A stretch of 64,000 nucleotides of DNA from Paragordius varius. Taxonomy: Eukaryota > Animalia > Nematomorpha. Of the stretch, positions 28,867 to 43,000 are shown piece after piece (within the stretch, counting starts at the first letter, position 1; every line of letters begins with the position of its first letter). The DNA is taken from assembly GCA_964247055.1 (NCBI GenBank), contig OZ176052.1, positions 10,974,001 to 11,038,000 of the forward strand, written 5' to 3'. Made by a program: the position numbers and the translations under genes. The notes beneath the pieces were generated by a model. That model was not told where the DNA came from. It worked only from the letters and a program-made list of their open reading frames with translations, and searched no databases.

Positions 28867-31800
28867 ATGGGATTAATTGTCGGGAAAGTAGAAGATTTTC
28901 CTCTTAATTCTAGTAATAATAATTCCTTGTTTCTTACCCCAACACACACGTTTCCCCTTAACAAACTCCAACCTGACAATTGGCAAAATAGTAAATGCAA
29001 AAAAGATACAAAAATTAACATTAAAGAAAAATTATCAAACATCCATAAAAGTGAGGATGATGTTGAAAGAAAAAATGTAAGAAACCACAAAAGTTTTTCA
29101 CTTAATTCACCATTAGATGTGCCTGTACAAAAAGTTGGACAAATGCGTGACAAAAATGTAAAACATGTTTTAACCACCGATGCTTTTCCCGTTACAAAAG
29201 GTAACAGCTTACGTATAATGAGATATATATACGTAAGATAAATATATATATATTATAAATTATTTAAATGGTAATTTAACAAAAAAATTATTTATTTTTG
29301 ATGCTAAATATAGATTCTCTTCGGAGCCGTCTGTATTTATATATGATAAAAATAATAATATCTCCGAAATGGTTCTTTAGCTGTTAATATACCATAGCTC
29401 TTTTTTTTAATTATTTTATAATTATAGTACTAATTTGTGCAGATTCATATACCTATATAAATACTTTATATAGTTGATATTAAAACTTTTTAATCAAATT
29501 AATTTTTTGTGCAATAATTTTCATCTATAAATTCATGGACAAGCTTTAAGAAAGATGAATTCAGGTAGATTTATCATTAGCCATATTTAAATAAATTTAA
29601 GATTCGGAAATCACTGTTGAATTTTCTTATTATTGAATTATTCGTTTAATTTTAATAAAATGAATGATTGATAGTTATTTTCGATAAAAGTTTTGTATGG
29701 GTATTTTGGAAATAGGTTCTACTTTAACTAATAAATAAAAATGATATAAAATCAATATTCCTGCTTTTTTATATAGACCATATTATTTTTCTTTGCAGGT
29801 TTGAAATCATGTTTTTTGACGTTGATATTAACAATATCGTTAAAAGGAATATTTATGTGTTAATTATTAATTACATTTAGACGAATATTAGAAAATACGG
29901 TCCCACAAAAATAATTCTTTTATACAAATTACCCAAAGTTAATTATTAGTAATAGTTATTAAAATTTAAGCATGTTATAGTGCTTGTTGAAATTGTGGGA
30001 AATATTCCATTTTTTTCATGAACAACTGTTGTTAATCTAGCCATTTTAATCAAATATTAATAAAGATTTGGTAAGGTCTATTGTATTCCTAAGGCGTTAT
30101 TAACTTGTCTAAAAATACTGACCCTTCCTTATTTTTTTATAATGGAAAAGGGCCTCTGTTACAAATTGGACAAACATATCATTCATTTATTTTGATATGA
30201 GTTAAGAACTGCTGAATAGTTGAGTTTCTAATGCTTTAATTTGAATAAAATCGGCTAAACTATATATAATAACAAACTTCCAAACATATTGTTATAAGTG
30301 TTAAATTGCAAAAGGAGGCAGGTCTATATCCTCCTTTTAAATAAATCCCTTGTGTTTTAATTTCAATTATTAAATAATTTTCGTATAGCTGAGAAAGGTA
30401 AAAAACTACGAGGAAAATGGAAGTTAAAGGGCATATTTGGTTTGGCTCACAATCCTCCGTGTGGAAACGAAAAAGATAATACCACCGCATCTTCGTTTAA
30501 TGAATATCCGAATGATAGGTATTGCCAAAAAAATATAGAAAAAATTAAATCAAACTCCACGGAAAATACTCAAATTTCAGATAGAAACAGGAGCAATACT
30601 CAAAATAAAAATGATAATAATAATAATAGAATTAGTTCAAAAGGGCGAGGATTTTTCACTAAAAGCTGGAATCAATTATCAAATAGCTTTGGTAGTCGAA
30701 GTGATATGGAAGAATATGATATTACGAATGGTGTAATAAATCAACCGTCTAACAAAAGAAATCAACATAATGTTACCACCAAGATCAACAAGGGAAAATT
30801 TGGTGGTATTGGTAAAATTCGAAAAAATCACGAAATAAATACGTCAAGCTCTAAAACTACAAGCTTTAATGATGAAAGTGGACCAGAAGGCAAGACTGGA
30901 AGAGTGTTAAATCAGCACTCTTTTGCGGATGAAATAAGTAGTGATAACATATTTATAAGAAATGTCATACCATTGAGTGCTCGGGACATTTATTGTTTGG
31001 AGAAGTCGTGGAAAGGCGTCGCTCTCAAAATGAATGAAACGGGTCTTCTTCTTGTTATTAAGTATGACGCGGTATTTTAACTTTAAATAAAAATATGTAA
31101 TTTCTTATTTTTACTTATAATAATAATAATAATTAAAATTTCTGATAATATTATATTTTATTATTTTTTTTCCATTAATTTATTTACTATCTATGGTTTT
31201 AAAATAGGTTTTCAACCATTAAATGAGACAACCAACAAACCGTTTCTAATCGCGATATCCTAGGGAGCCGAACCATTTTTATTTGTCAAAACTGGTTATG
31301 ACACAATTTTAAATAATCTGATCACGGTTAAGCTATCTTTCATTAGATTCTAAATTAGTCGTAGAAATGAAATATATGGAAATTGATTTTATAAATAGAA
31401 AAGTTTTTTTAGTTGATGAGTATTGCCAGATATTAATAATTCAAAGATATGGTGTTTACGACTGGAAAATTAATATTAATCATAGTTTTTACTTTAGTTA
31501 TTCAGTTAACCTATTTATTATAATTATAAAAAGTTATATCTAGTTAGATTAATGCAAACTAAACCATATATCACTCTTGTTTTCTTTAAGATTGATAGAA
31601 GTACATCCTGAATACAAACCCTTTTTTGAAATGCGTAATGGATTACCCGTGCCAAAACATCTGCAATTGCAAACGGCAGCCGAAAATTTTATGTATGCCA
31701 TGGACAAGTGCATAGATTATTTAGATAACCCCAAAAAGTTTTTTGCATTCATCAAAAACATGGGTGAATTTCATATCGGGATCAAAAATTTTAGGGCTGA

Positions 31801-32351
31801 ATATTTTTTGGTAACCATCCATTTATAATCCTTTTAAGATGTTTATATTGGTGGTTGCATTTCGATCCCAAGCTAATGAATTAAGTCAATATATTTAACA
31901 TCATCTTTCAATTTAACACAAATTTTCGAACTCAAATAATTTATATTAGCTGGATTTGACAATAATTAATTTTAATATCAAAGTTTATAAAATATCTGTA
32001 TAACTTTTAATCATTTTATATATCTGACTTTGTCCTTGCAAACATCACTAACAAATTATCTTACATTACAAGAACTTAGCTTTTAGATTTTGGTAAAACA
32101 ATAATAGTTAATGAGACATTTTCTTGTTGTGCCATTCTAATAACCTATTTTAATATATTCAGGATTTCAGTGATCCCTTCTTATATGCAGTAAAAGAGGT
32201 GCTTGGTGAACGTTATACGTCGCATATTGAAGAGATTTATATAAGAACAGTAAATTATATCATTTTCAAGATCATTGAGGCATATGAGAATAGATTAAAG
32301 CGAAACAACCAAAGTCCTCATCCATCTATATCTGCTTCGAATCCAAATTAA
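28867..32351 (+). CDS. Globin (neuroglobin/globin X-like) with a ~305 aa N-terminal extension; exons 28867-29200, 30389-31061, 31591-31810, 32163-32351 (471 aa)
   Basis: Globin fold motifs: A-helix LSARDIYCLEKSW, KLIEVHPEYKPFF (C2 Pro, CD1 Phe), MGEFH (F8 His at 31772-31774), PFLYAVKEVLGERYT. Introns at the conserved globin positions B12.2 (31062-31590) and G7.0 (31811-32162). The link to exon 1 is inferred from phase-1 compatibility. Confidence 0.85.
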
Positions 32352-34020
32352 TTTACACTTTTTTACAATTTCAAGCCATACAAAATTTGTGATAATTTTA
32401 AATATTTTTATAAAAATTATTAAGTATATTATTAATCAATTTAATAAAAAATTACCATATAAATTTGTATAATTTAGATATAAATCAATGTAATTTAAGT
32501 TATAATAATAATTGGATTGATTAGATTGTGCATTATTTTACATTAAAATGTAAATCATATTAGTGAATGCCTTTGTTTCCGATAATGGTTAATCAAATCA
32601 TTAAAAAACCCGGACAGTCTTCCATAACACTAGATAACAAATTTTTACTTTTTTAAGTGCCATTCTTGTAAATTTAAATTTCATTAAAGTACATAAATGG
32701 TTTATTTGAAAAATTGGTCTAATACCTAAGAATTTTTTAATAGGGTTTATCAAAAATTTTTGCCCGATTTAACATTAAACTCGAAATTTTCAAAATTAAA
32801 AGTTTTAGACATAGAGCCATGTATTTTATATCATTCGAAAGATCGCGAAAGATTGAATCTTTGGAATGGTAGTTGTCAGTTAAATCAAGATGTAAAAGTT
32901 ATTTGGCTTTATATGGTCAAAATTTTGAACCCTTAAATAAGTCAAAAAATTTCATAGACAAACAAATTTAAAAATCATATAAATTATTTTAATATAATTA
33001 TTAGGTTTACATTAGTATTAATTTAAAAAAATCGTTGAAAAAATTTTGGTTTGCTTTAAATGCATAGTTATAACTGTAAATTTATTACATATTGGCTATA
33101 AAAGATCAAGAAATTTAAAGTACCAGTCTTCAAAATTTTCAAATTATATGCCTTCTAAAGAAAATAATTGGTATTGATATGGTAAATTTTTTAAAAAACA
33201 AAAAATTAAAGATGGTTGTCAAGACATAAAAGCAATAAATGAGTGTTTTAATTTAACAACTTTTCTCGTGTTATCTTTGTTTAGACAGTCATTACCTTCT
33301 ACACAAAGTTTGAGCTATTTTCATCCATTAGTTTTAAAAATATATTAATTAAGAAAAGGCTTCGCGGGTTTGTCTTCCTATGTCCAAGTAAAACATATTG
33401 GTATGCATTTATAGAGCTTTCATTACTCTTTCTAATGATATATTACGAATGGGCATTTGTTGTATAATTTTAAAGTAAAATATTATTTAGAAAGATTTTG
33501 ATAAGGAGTCATAATCATAAAAAATCAAATTATACAAAATTATTGGGAATTATAATTACTTAAAAAGTTTTAGGACCAATTTGTTGTGTTAAAGGACCAA
33601 CCTAAAGCGTTATAGAAGCAATTTGAAGTGTTTCAGGGCTAAACTGAAATGTTCAAGGACACCTTTGAAGTGCAAATGGTATATGATGGAAATGGAAAAA
33701 CGTGTTTATATATTATTATAAAACCCTTGTTAGCCTTATATGGAAATAGAACAAGATAGTTAAGCAAGTCAGTTGATCCGAGTTTTTAAGAATGTTATGT
33801 TTCTCTAGTCACAATAAAAAACGCTTATAAAAATATGCACAATTTTTAAATCAGACACTTATGAGACGTAGGCATGTATTAAGTAAAAATCTAAAATTAA
33901 TTTAAATCATTTATTTCAGTTCTAAAAATTTTCTAACATTTAATAAAAATCCGTGACATTCCTAGAAAATAATTGACATGCTTGTAAGTTAATACACAGT
34001 GGGTGAGTATCAGTCTAAAA

Positions 34021-37000
34021 TGATTCCCACATCAATCCCTGCTAATATCAGAAAAAAAGACTCCAAAATCGATCCACAAATGCGGTAAATATCGGAACCC
34101 ATAGGTAATACCGATATCATGTCGCCAATAGATATCGGAATCAAAAAGAGACTCCAACATCAATCCATAAAATCCAGTAGATATCGGAATCCAAAAGAGA
34201 CTCCAAAATCAATCCATAAAATCCAGTCGATAGTGGAATCCAAAAGAGACTCCAAAATCAATCCATAAAATCCAGTCGATATTGGAATCCAAAAGAGACT
34301 CCAACATCAATCCATAAAATCCAGTAGATATTGGAATCCAAAAAAGACTCCATCATCAGCCATAAAATCCAGTCGATATTGGAATCCAAAAGAGACTCCA
34401 ACATCAATCTATAAAATCCAGTAGATATTGGAATCCAAAAATAACTCCAACATCAATCCATAAAATCCAGTAGATATTGGAATCCAAAACTCCAACATCA
34501 ATCCATAAAATCCAGTAGATATCGGAATCCAAAAGAAATACCGATATCATGTCGCCAATAGATATCGGAATCAAAAAGAGACTCCAACATCAATCCATAA
34601 AATCCAGTAGATATCGGAATCAAAAAGAAATACCGATATCATGTCGCCAATAGATATCGGAATCAAAAAGAGACTCCAAAATCAATCCATAAAATCCAGT
34701 CGATATTGGAATCCAAAAGAGACTCCAACATCAATCCATAAAATCCAGTAGATATTGGAATCCAAAAAAGACTCCAACATCAATCGATAAAATCCAGTCG
34801 ATATTGGAATCCAAAAGAGACTCCAACATCAATCATAAAATCCATTAGATATCGGAATCCAAAAAAGACTCCAACATCAATCCATAAAATCCAGTCGATA
34901 TTGGAATCCAAAAGAGACTCCAACATCAATCATAAAATCCATTAGATATCGGAATCCAAAAAAGACTCCAACATCAATCCATAAAATCCAGTCGATATTG
35001 GAATCCAAAAGAGACTCCAACATCAATCCATAAAATCCAGTAGATATTGGAATCCAAAAAAGACTCCATCATCAGCCATAAAATCCAGTCGATATTGGAA
35101 TCCAAAAGAGACTCCAACATCAATCTATAAAATCCAGTAGATATTGGAATCCAAAAATAACTCCAACATCAATCCATAAAATCCAGTAGATATTGGAATC
35201 CAAAACTCCAACATCAATCCATAAAATCCAGTAGATATCGGAATCCAAAAGAAATACCGATATCATGTCGCCAATAGATATCGGAATCAAAAAGAGACTC
35301 CAACATCAATCCATAAAATCCAGTAGATATCGGAATCCAAAAGAGACTCCAAAATCAATCCATAAAATCCAGTCGATATTGGAATCCAAAAGAGACTCCA
35401 ACATCAATCCATAAAATCCAGTAGATATTGGAATCCAAAAAAGACTCCAACATCAATCCATAAAATCCAGTCGATATTGGAATCCAAAAGAGACTCCAAC
35501 ATCAATTTATAAAATCCAGTAGATATCGGAATCCAAAAGAGATACCGATATCTGTCGCCAATAGATATCGGAATCCAAAAGAGACGCCAACATCAATCCA
35601 TAAAATCCAGTAGATATCGGAATCCAAAAGAGACTCCAACATCAATCCATAAAATCCAGTAGATATTGGAATCCAAAAGAGACTCCAACATCAATCCATA
35701 AAATCCAGTCGATATTGGAATCCAAAAGAGACTCCAACATCAATCTTAAAATCCATTAGATATCGGAATCCAAAAGAGACTCCAACATCAATCCATAAAA
35801 TCCAGTAGATATTGGAATCCAAAAGAGACTCCAACATCAATCCATAAAATCCAGTAGATATTGGAATCCAAAAAAGACTCCAACATCAATCCATAAAATC
35901 CAGTCGATATTGGAATCCAAAAGAGACTCCAACATCAATCCATAAAATCCAGTAGATATCGGAATCCAAAAGAGATACCGATATCTGTCGCCAATAGATA
36001 TCGGAATCCAAAAGAGACGCCAACATCAATCCATAAAATCCAGTAGATATCGGAATCCAAAAGAGACTCCAACATCAATCCATAAAATCCAGTAGATATT
36101 GGAATCCAAAAGAGACTCCAACATCAATACATAAAATCCAGTAGATATCGGAATCCAAAAGAGATACCGATATCTGTCGCCAATAGATATCGGAATCCAA
36201 AAGAGACGCCAACATCAATCCATAAAATCCAGTAGATATCAGAATCCAGAGACTCCAACATCAATCCATAAAATCCAGTAGATATCGGAATCCAAAAGAG
36301 ATACCGATATCTGTCGCCAATAGATATCGGAATCCAAAAGAGACGCCAACATCAATCCATAAAATCCAGTAGATATCGGAATCCAAAATGGACGCCAACA
36401 TCAATCCATAAAATCCAGTAGATATCGGAATCCAAAAGAGTTACCGATATCTGTCGCCAATAGATATCGGAATCCAAAAGAGACGCCAACATCAATCCAT
36501 AAAATCCAATAGATATCGGAATCCAAAAGAGACTCCAACATCAATTCATAAAATCCAGTAGATATCGGAATCCAAAAGAGATACCGATATCTGTCGCCAA
36601 TAGATATCGGAATCCAAAAGAGACGCCAACATCAATCCATAAAATCCAGTAGATATCGGAATCCAAAAGAGACTCCAACATCAATCCATAAAATCCAGTA
36701 GATATTGGAATCCAAAAAAGACTCCAACATCAATCCATAAAATCCAGTCGATATTGGAATCCAAAAGAGACTCCAACATCAATCCATAAAATCCAGTAGA
36801 TATCGGAATCCAAAAGAGATACCGATATCTGTCGCCAATAGATATCGGAATCCAAAAGAGACGCCAACATCAATCCATAAAATCCAGTAGATATCGGAAT
36901 CCAAAAGAGATACCGATATCTGTCGCCAATAGATATCGGAATCCAAAAGAGAGGCCAACATCAATCCATAAAATCCAGTAGATATCGGAATCCAAAAGAG

Positions 37001-40000
37001 ACGCCAACATCAATCCATAAAATCCAGTAGATATCGGAATCCAAAAGAGTTACCGATATCTGTCGCCAATAGATATCGGAATCCAAAAGAGACGCCAACA
37101 TCAATCCATAAAATCCAGTAGATATCGGAATCCAAAAGAGACTCCAACATCAATTCATAAAATCCAGTAGATATTGGAATCCAAAAGAGATACCGATATC
37201 TGTCGCCAATAGATATCGGAATCCAAAAGAGACGCCAACATCAATCCATAAAATCCAGTAGATATCGGAATCCAAAAGAGACTCCAACATCAATCCATAA
37301 AATCCAGTAGATATGGGAATCCAAAAGAGATACCGATATCTGTCGCCAATAGATATCGGAATCCAATCGAGACGCCAACATCAATCCATAAAATCCAGTC
37401 GATATTGGAATCCAAAAGAGACTCCAACATCAATCCATAAAATCCAGTCGATATTGGAATCCAAAAGAGACTCCAACATCAATCATAAAATCCATTAGAT
37501 ATCGGAATCCAAAAGAGACTCCAACATCAATCCATAAAATCCAGTAGATATTGGAATCCAAAAGAGACTCCAACATCAATCCATAAAATCCAGTAGATAT
37601 TGGAATCCAAAAAAGACTCCAACATCAATCCATAAAATCCAGTCGATATTGGAATCCAAAAGAGACTTCAACATCAATCCATAAAATCCAGTAGATATCG
37701 GAATCCAAAAGAGATACCGATATCCTGTCGCCAATAGATATCGGAATCCAAAAGAGACGCCAACATCAATCCATAAAATCCAGTAGATATTGGAATCCAA
37801 AAGAGACTCCAACATCAATCCATAAAATCCAGTAGATATCGGAATCCAAAAGAGATACCGATATCTGTCGCCAATAGATATCGGAATCCAAAAGAGACGC
37901 CAACATCAATCCATAAAATCCAGTAGATATCGGAATCCAAAAGAGACTCCAACATCAATCCATAAAATCCAGTAGATATCGGAATCCAAAAGAGATACCG
38001 ATATCTGTCGCCAATAGATATCGGAATCCAAAAGAGAGGCCAACATCAATCTATAAAATCCAGTAGATATCGGAATCCAAAAGAGACTCCAACATCAATC
38101 CATAAAATCCAGTAGATATCGGAATCCAAAAGAGACTCCAACATCAATCCATAAAATCCAGTCGATATTGGAATCCAAAAGAGACTCCAACATCAATCAT
38201 AAAATCCATTAGATATCGGAATCCAAAAGAGACTCCAACATCAATCCATAAAATCCAGTAGATATTGGAATCCAAAAGAGACTCCAACATCAATCCATAA
38301 AATCCAGTAGATATTGGAATCCAAAAAAGACTCCAACATCAATCCATAAAATCCAGTCGATATTGGAATCCAAAAGAGACTCCAACATCAATCCATAAAA
38401 TCCAGTAGATATCGGAATCCAAAAGAGATACCGATATCCTGTCGCCAATAGATATCGGAATCCAAAATAGACGCCAACATCAATCCATAAATTCCAGTAG
38501 ATATCGGAATCCAAAAGAGACTCCAACATCAATCCATAAAATCCAGTAGATATTGGAATCCAAAAGAGACTCCAACATCAATCCATAAAATCCAGTAGAT
38601 ATCGGAATCCAAAAGAGATACCGATATCTGTCGCCAATAGATATCGGAAGAGACGCCAACATCAATCCATAAAATCCAGTAGATATCGGAATCCAGAGAC
38701 TCCAACATCATTCCATAAAATCCAGTAGATATCGGAATCCAAAAGAGATACCGATATCTGTCGCCAATAGATATCGGAATCTAAAAGAGACGCCAACATC
38801 AATCCATAAAATCCAGTAGATATCGGAATCCAAAAGAGACGCCAACATCAATCCATAAAATCCAGTAGATATCGGAATCCAAAAGAGTTACCGATATCTG
38901 TCGCCAATAGATATCGGAATCGAAAAGAGACGCCAACATCAATCCATAAAATCCAGTAGATATCGGAATCCAAAAGAGACTCCAACATCAATTCATAAAA
39001 TCCAGTAGATATCGGAATCCAAAAGAGATACCGATATCTGTCGCCAATAGATATCGGAATCCAAAAGAGACGCCAACATCAATCATAAAATCCATTAGAT
39101 ATCGGAATCCAAAAGAGTTACCGATATCTGTCGCCAATAGATATCGGAATCCAAAAGAGACGCCAACATCAATCCATAAAATCCAGTAGATATCGGAATC
39201 CAAAAGAGACTCCAACATCAATCCATAAAATCCAGTAGATATCGGAATCCAAAAGAGATACCGATATCTGTCGCCAATAGATATCGGAATCCAAAAGAGA
39301 GGCCAACATCAATCTATAAAATCCAGTAGATATCGGAATCCAAAAGAGACGCCAACATCAATCCATAAAATCCAGTAGATATCGGAATCCAAAAGAGACT
39401 CCAACATCAATCCATAAAATCCAGTCGATATTGGAATCCAAAAGAGACTCCAACATCAATCATAAAATCCATTAGATATCGGAATCCAAAAGAGACTCCA
39501 ACATCAATCCATAAAATCCAGTAGATATTGGAATCCAAAAGAGACTCCAACATCAATCCATAAAATCCAGTAGATATTGGAATCCAAAAAAGACTCCAAC
39601 ATCAATCCATAAAATCCAGTCGATATTGGAATCCAAAAGAGACTCCAACATCAATCCATAAAATCCAGTAGATATCGGAATCCAAAAGAGATACCGATAT
39701 CCTGTCGCCAATAGATATCGGAATCCAAAATAGACGCCAACATCAATCCATAAATTCCAGTAGATATCGGAATCCAAAAGAGACTCCAACATCAATCCAT
39801 AAAATCCAGTAGATATTGGAATCCAAAAGAGACTCCAACATCAATCCATAAAATCCAGTAGATATCGGAATCCAAAAGAGATACCGATATCTGTCGCCAA
39901 TAGATATCGGAAGAGACGCCAACATCAATCCATAAAATCCAGTAGATATCGGAATCCAGAGACTCCAACATCATTCCATAAAATCCAGTAGATATCGGAA

Positions 40001-43000
40001 TCCAAAAGAGATACCGATATCTGTCGCCAATAGATATCGGAATCTAAAAGAGACGCCAACATCAATCCATAAAATCCAGTAGATATCGGAATCCAAAAGA
40101 GACGCCAACATCAATCCATAAAATCCAGTAGATATCGGAATCCAAAAGAGTTACCGATATCTGTCGCCAATAGATATCGGAATCGAAAAGAGACGCCAAC
40201 ATCAATCCATAAAATCCAGTAGATATCGGAATCCAAAAGAGACTCCAACATCAATTCATAAAATCCAGTAGATATCGGAATCCAAAAGAGATACCGATAT
40301 CTGTCGCCAATAGATATCGGAATCCAAAAGAGACGCCAACATCAATCATAAAATCCATTAGATATCGGAATCCAAAAGAGTTACCGATATCTGTCGCCAA
40401 TAGATATCGGAATCCAAAAGAGACGCCAACATCAATCCATAAAATCCAGTAGATATCGGAATCCAAAAGAGACTCCAACATCAATCCATAAAATCCAGTA
40501 GATATCGGAATCCAAAAGAGATACCGATATCTGTCGCCAATAGATATCGGAATCCAAAAGAGACGCCAACATCAATCCATAAAATCCAGTAGATATCGGA
40601 ATCCAAAAGAGACTCCAACATCAATCCATATAATCCAGTAGATATTGGAATCCAAAAGAGACTCCAACATCAATCCATAAAATCCAGTAGATATTGGAAT
40701 CCAAAAAAACTCCAACATCAATCCATAAAATCCAGTCGATATTGGAATCCAAAAGAGACTCCAACATCAATCCATAAAATCCAGTAGATATCGGAATCCA
40801 AAAGAGATACCGATATCCTGTCGCCAATAGATATCGGAATCCAAAAGAGACGCCAACATCAATCCATAAAATCCAGTAGTTATTGGAATCCAAAAGAGAC
40901 TCCAACATCAATCCATAAAATCCAGTAGATATTGGAATCCAAAAGAGACTCCAACATCAATCCATGAAATCCAGTAGATATCGGAATCCAAAAGAGATAC
41001 CGATATCTGTCGCCAATAGATATCGGAATCCAAAAGAGACGCCAACATCAATCCATAAAATCCAGTAGATATCGGAATCCAGAGACTCCAACATCAATCC
41101 ATAAAATCCAGTAGATATCGGAATCCAAAAGAGATACCGATATCTGTCGCCAATAGATATCGGAATCCAAAAGAGACGCCAACATCAATCCATAAAATCC
41201 AGTAGATATCGGAATCCAAAAGAGACTCCAACATCAATTCATAAAATCCAGTAGATATCGGAATCCAAAAGAGATACCGATATCTGTCGCCAATAGATAT
41301 CGGAATCCAAAAGAGACGCCAACATCAATCCATAAAATCCAGTAGATATCGGAATCCAAAAGAGACTCCAACATCAATTCATAAAATCCAGTAGATATCG
41401 GAATCCAAAAGAGATACCGATATCTGTCGCCAATAGATATCGGAATCCAAAAGAGACGCCAACATCAATCCATAAAATCCAGTAGATATCGAAATCCAAA
41501 AGAGACTCCAACATCAATCCATAAAATCCAGTAGATATCGAAATCCAAAAGAGATACCGATATCCTGTCGCCAATAGATATCGGAATCCAAAAGAGACGC
41601 CAACATCAATCCATAAAATCCAGTAGATATTGGAATCCAAAAAAGACTCCAACATCAATCCATAAAATCCAGTAGATATCGGAATCGAAAAGAGATACCG
41701 ATATCCTGTCGCCACGAAATCCAAAATTTAACATCAATCCATAAAATCCAGTAGATATCGGAATCCAAAAGAGATACCGATATCTGTCGCCAATAGATAT
41801 CGGAATCCAAAAGAGACTCCAACATCAATCCATAAAATCCAGTCGATATTGGAATCCAAAAGAGACTCCAACATCAATCCATAAAATCCAGTCGATATTG
41901 GAATCCAAAAGAGACTCCAACATCAATCCATAAAATCCAGTAGATATCGGAATCCAAAAGAGACTCCAACATCAATCCATAAAATCCAGTAGATATCGGA
42001 ATCCAAAAGAGATACCGATATCTGTCGCCAATAGATATCGGAATCTAAAAGAGAGGCCAACATCAATCCATAAAATCCAGTCGATATTGGAATCCAAAAG
42101 AGACGCCAACATCAATCCATAAAATCCAATAGATATCGGAATCCAAAAGAGACTCCAATATCAATCCATAAAATCCAGTAGATATCGGAATCCAAAAGAG
42201 ACTCCAATATCAATCCATAAAATCCAGTAGATATCGGAATCCAAAAGAGACTCCAACAATCCATAAAATCCAGTAGATATTGGAATCCAAAAGAGACTCC
42301 ATCATCAATCTATAAAATCCAGTAGATATCGGAATCCAAAAGACACTCCAACATCAATCCATAAAATCCAGTAGATATTGGAATAAAAAAGAGACGCCAA
42401 CATCAATCCATAAAATCCAGTAGATATCGGAATCCAAAAGAGACTCCAACATCAATCCATAAAATCCAGTAGATATCGGAATCCAAAAGAGATACCGATA
42501 TCTGTCGCCAATAGATATCGGAACCCAAAAGAGAGGCCAACATCAATCCATAAAATCCAGTCGATATTGGAATCCAAAAGAGACGCCAACATCAATCCAT
42601 AAAATCCAGTAGATATCGGAATCCAAAAGAGACGCCAACATCAATCCATAAAATCCAGTAGATATCGGAATCCAAAAGAGATACCGATATCTGTCGCCAA
42701 TAGATATCGGAATCCAAAAGAGACTCCAATATCAATCCATAAAATCCAGTAGATATTGGAATCCAAAAGAGACGCCAACATCAATCCATAAAATCCAGTA
42801 GATATCGGAATCCAAAAGAGACTCCAACATCAATCCATAAAATCCAGTAGATATCGGAATCCAAAAGAGATACCGATATCTGTCGCCAATAGATATCGGA
42901 ATCCAAAAGAGACGCCAACATCAATCCATAAAATCCATTAGATATCGGAATCCAAAAGAGACTCCAACATCAATCCATAAAATCCAGTAGATATCGGAAT

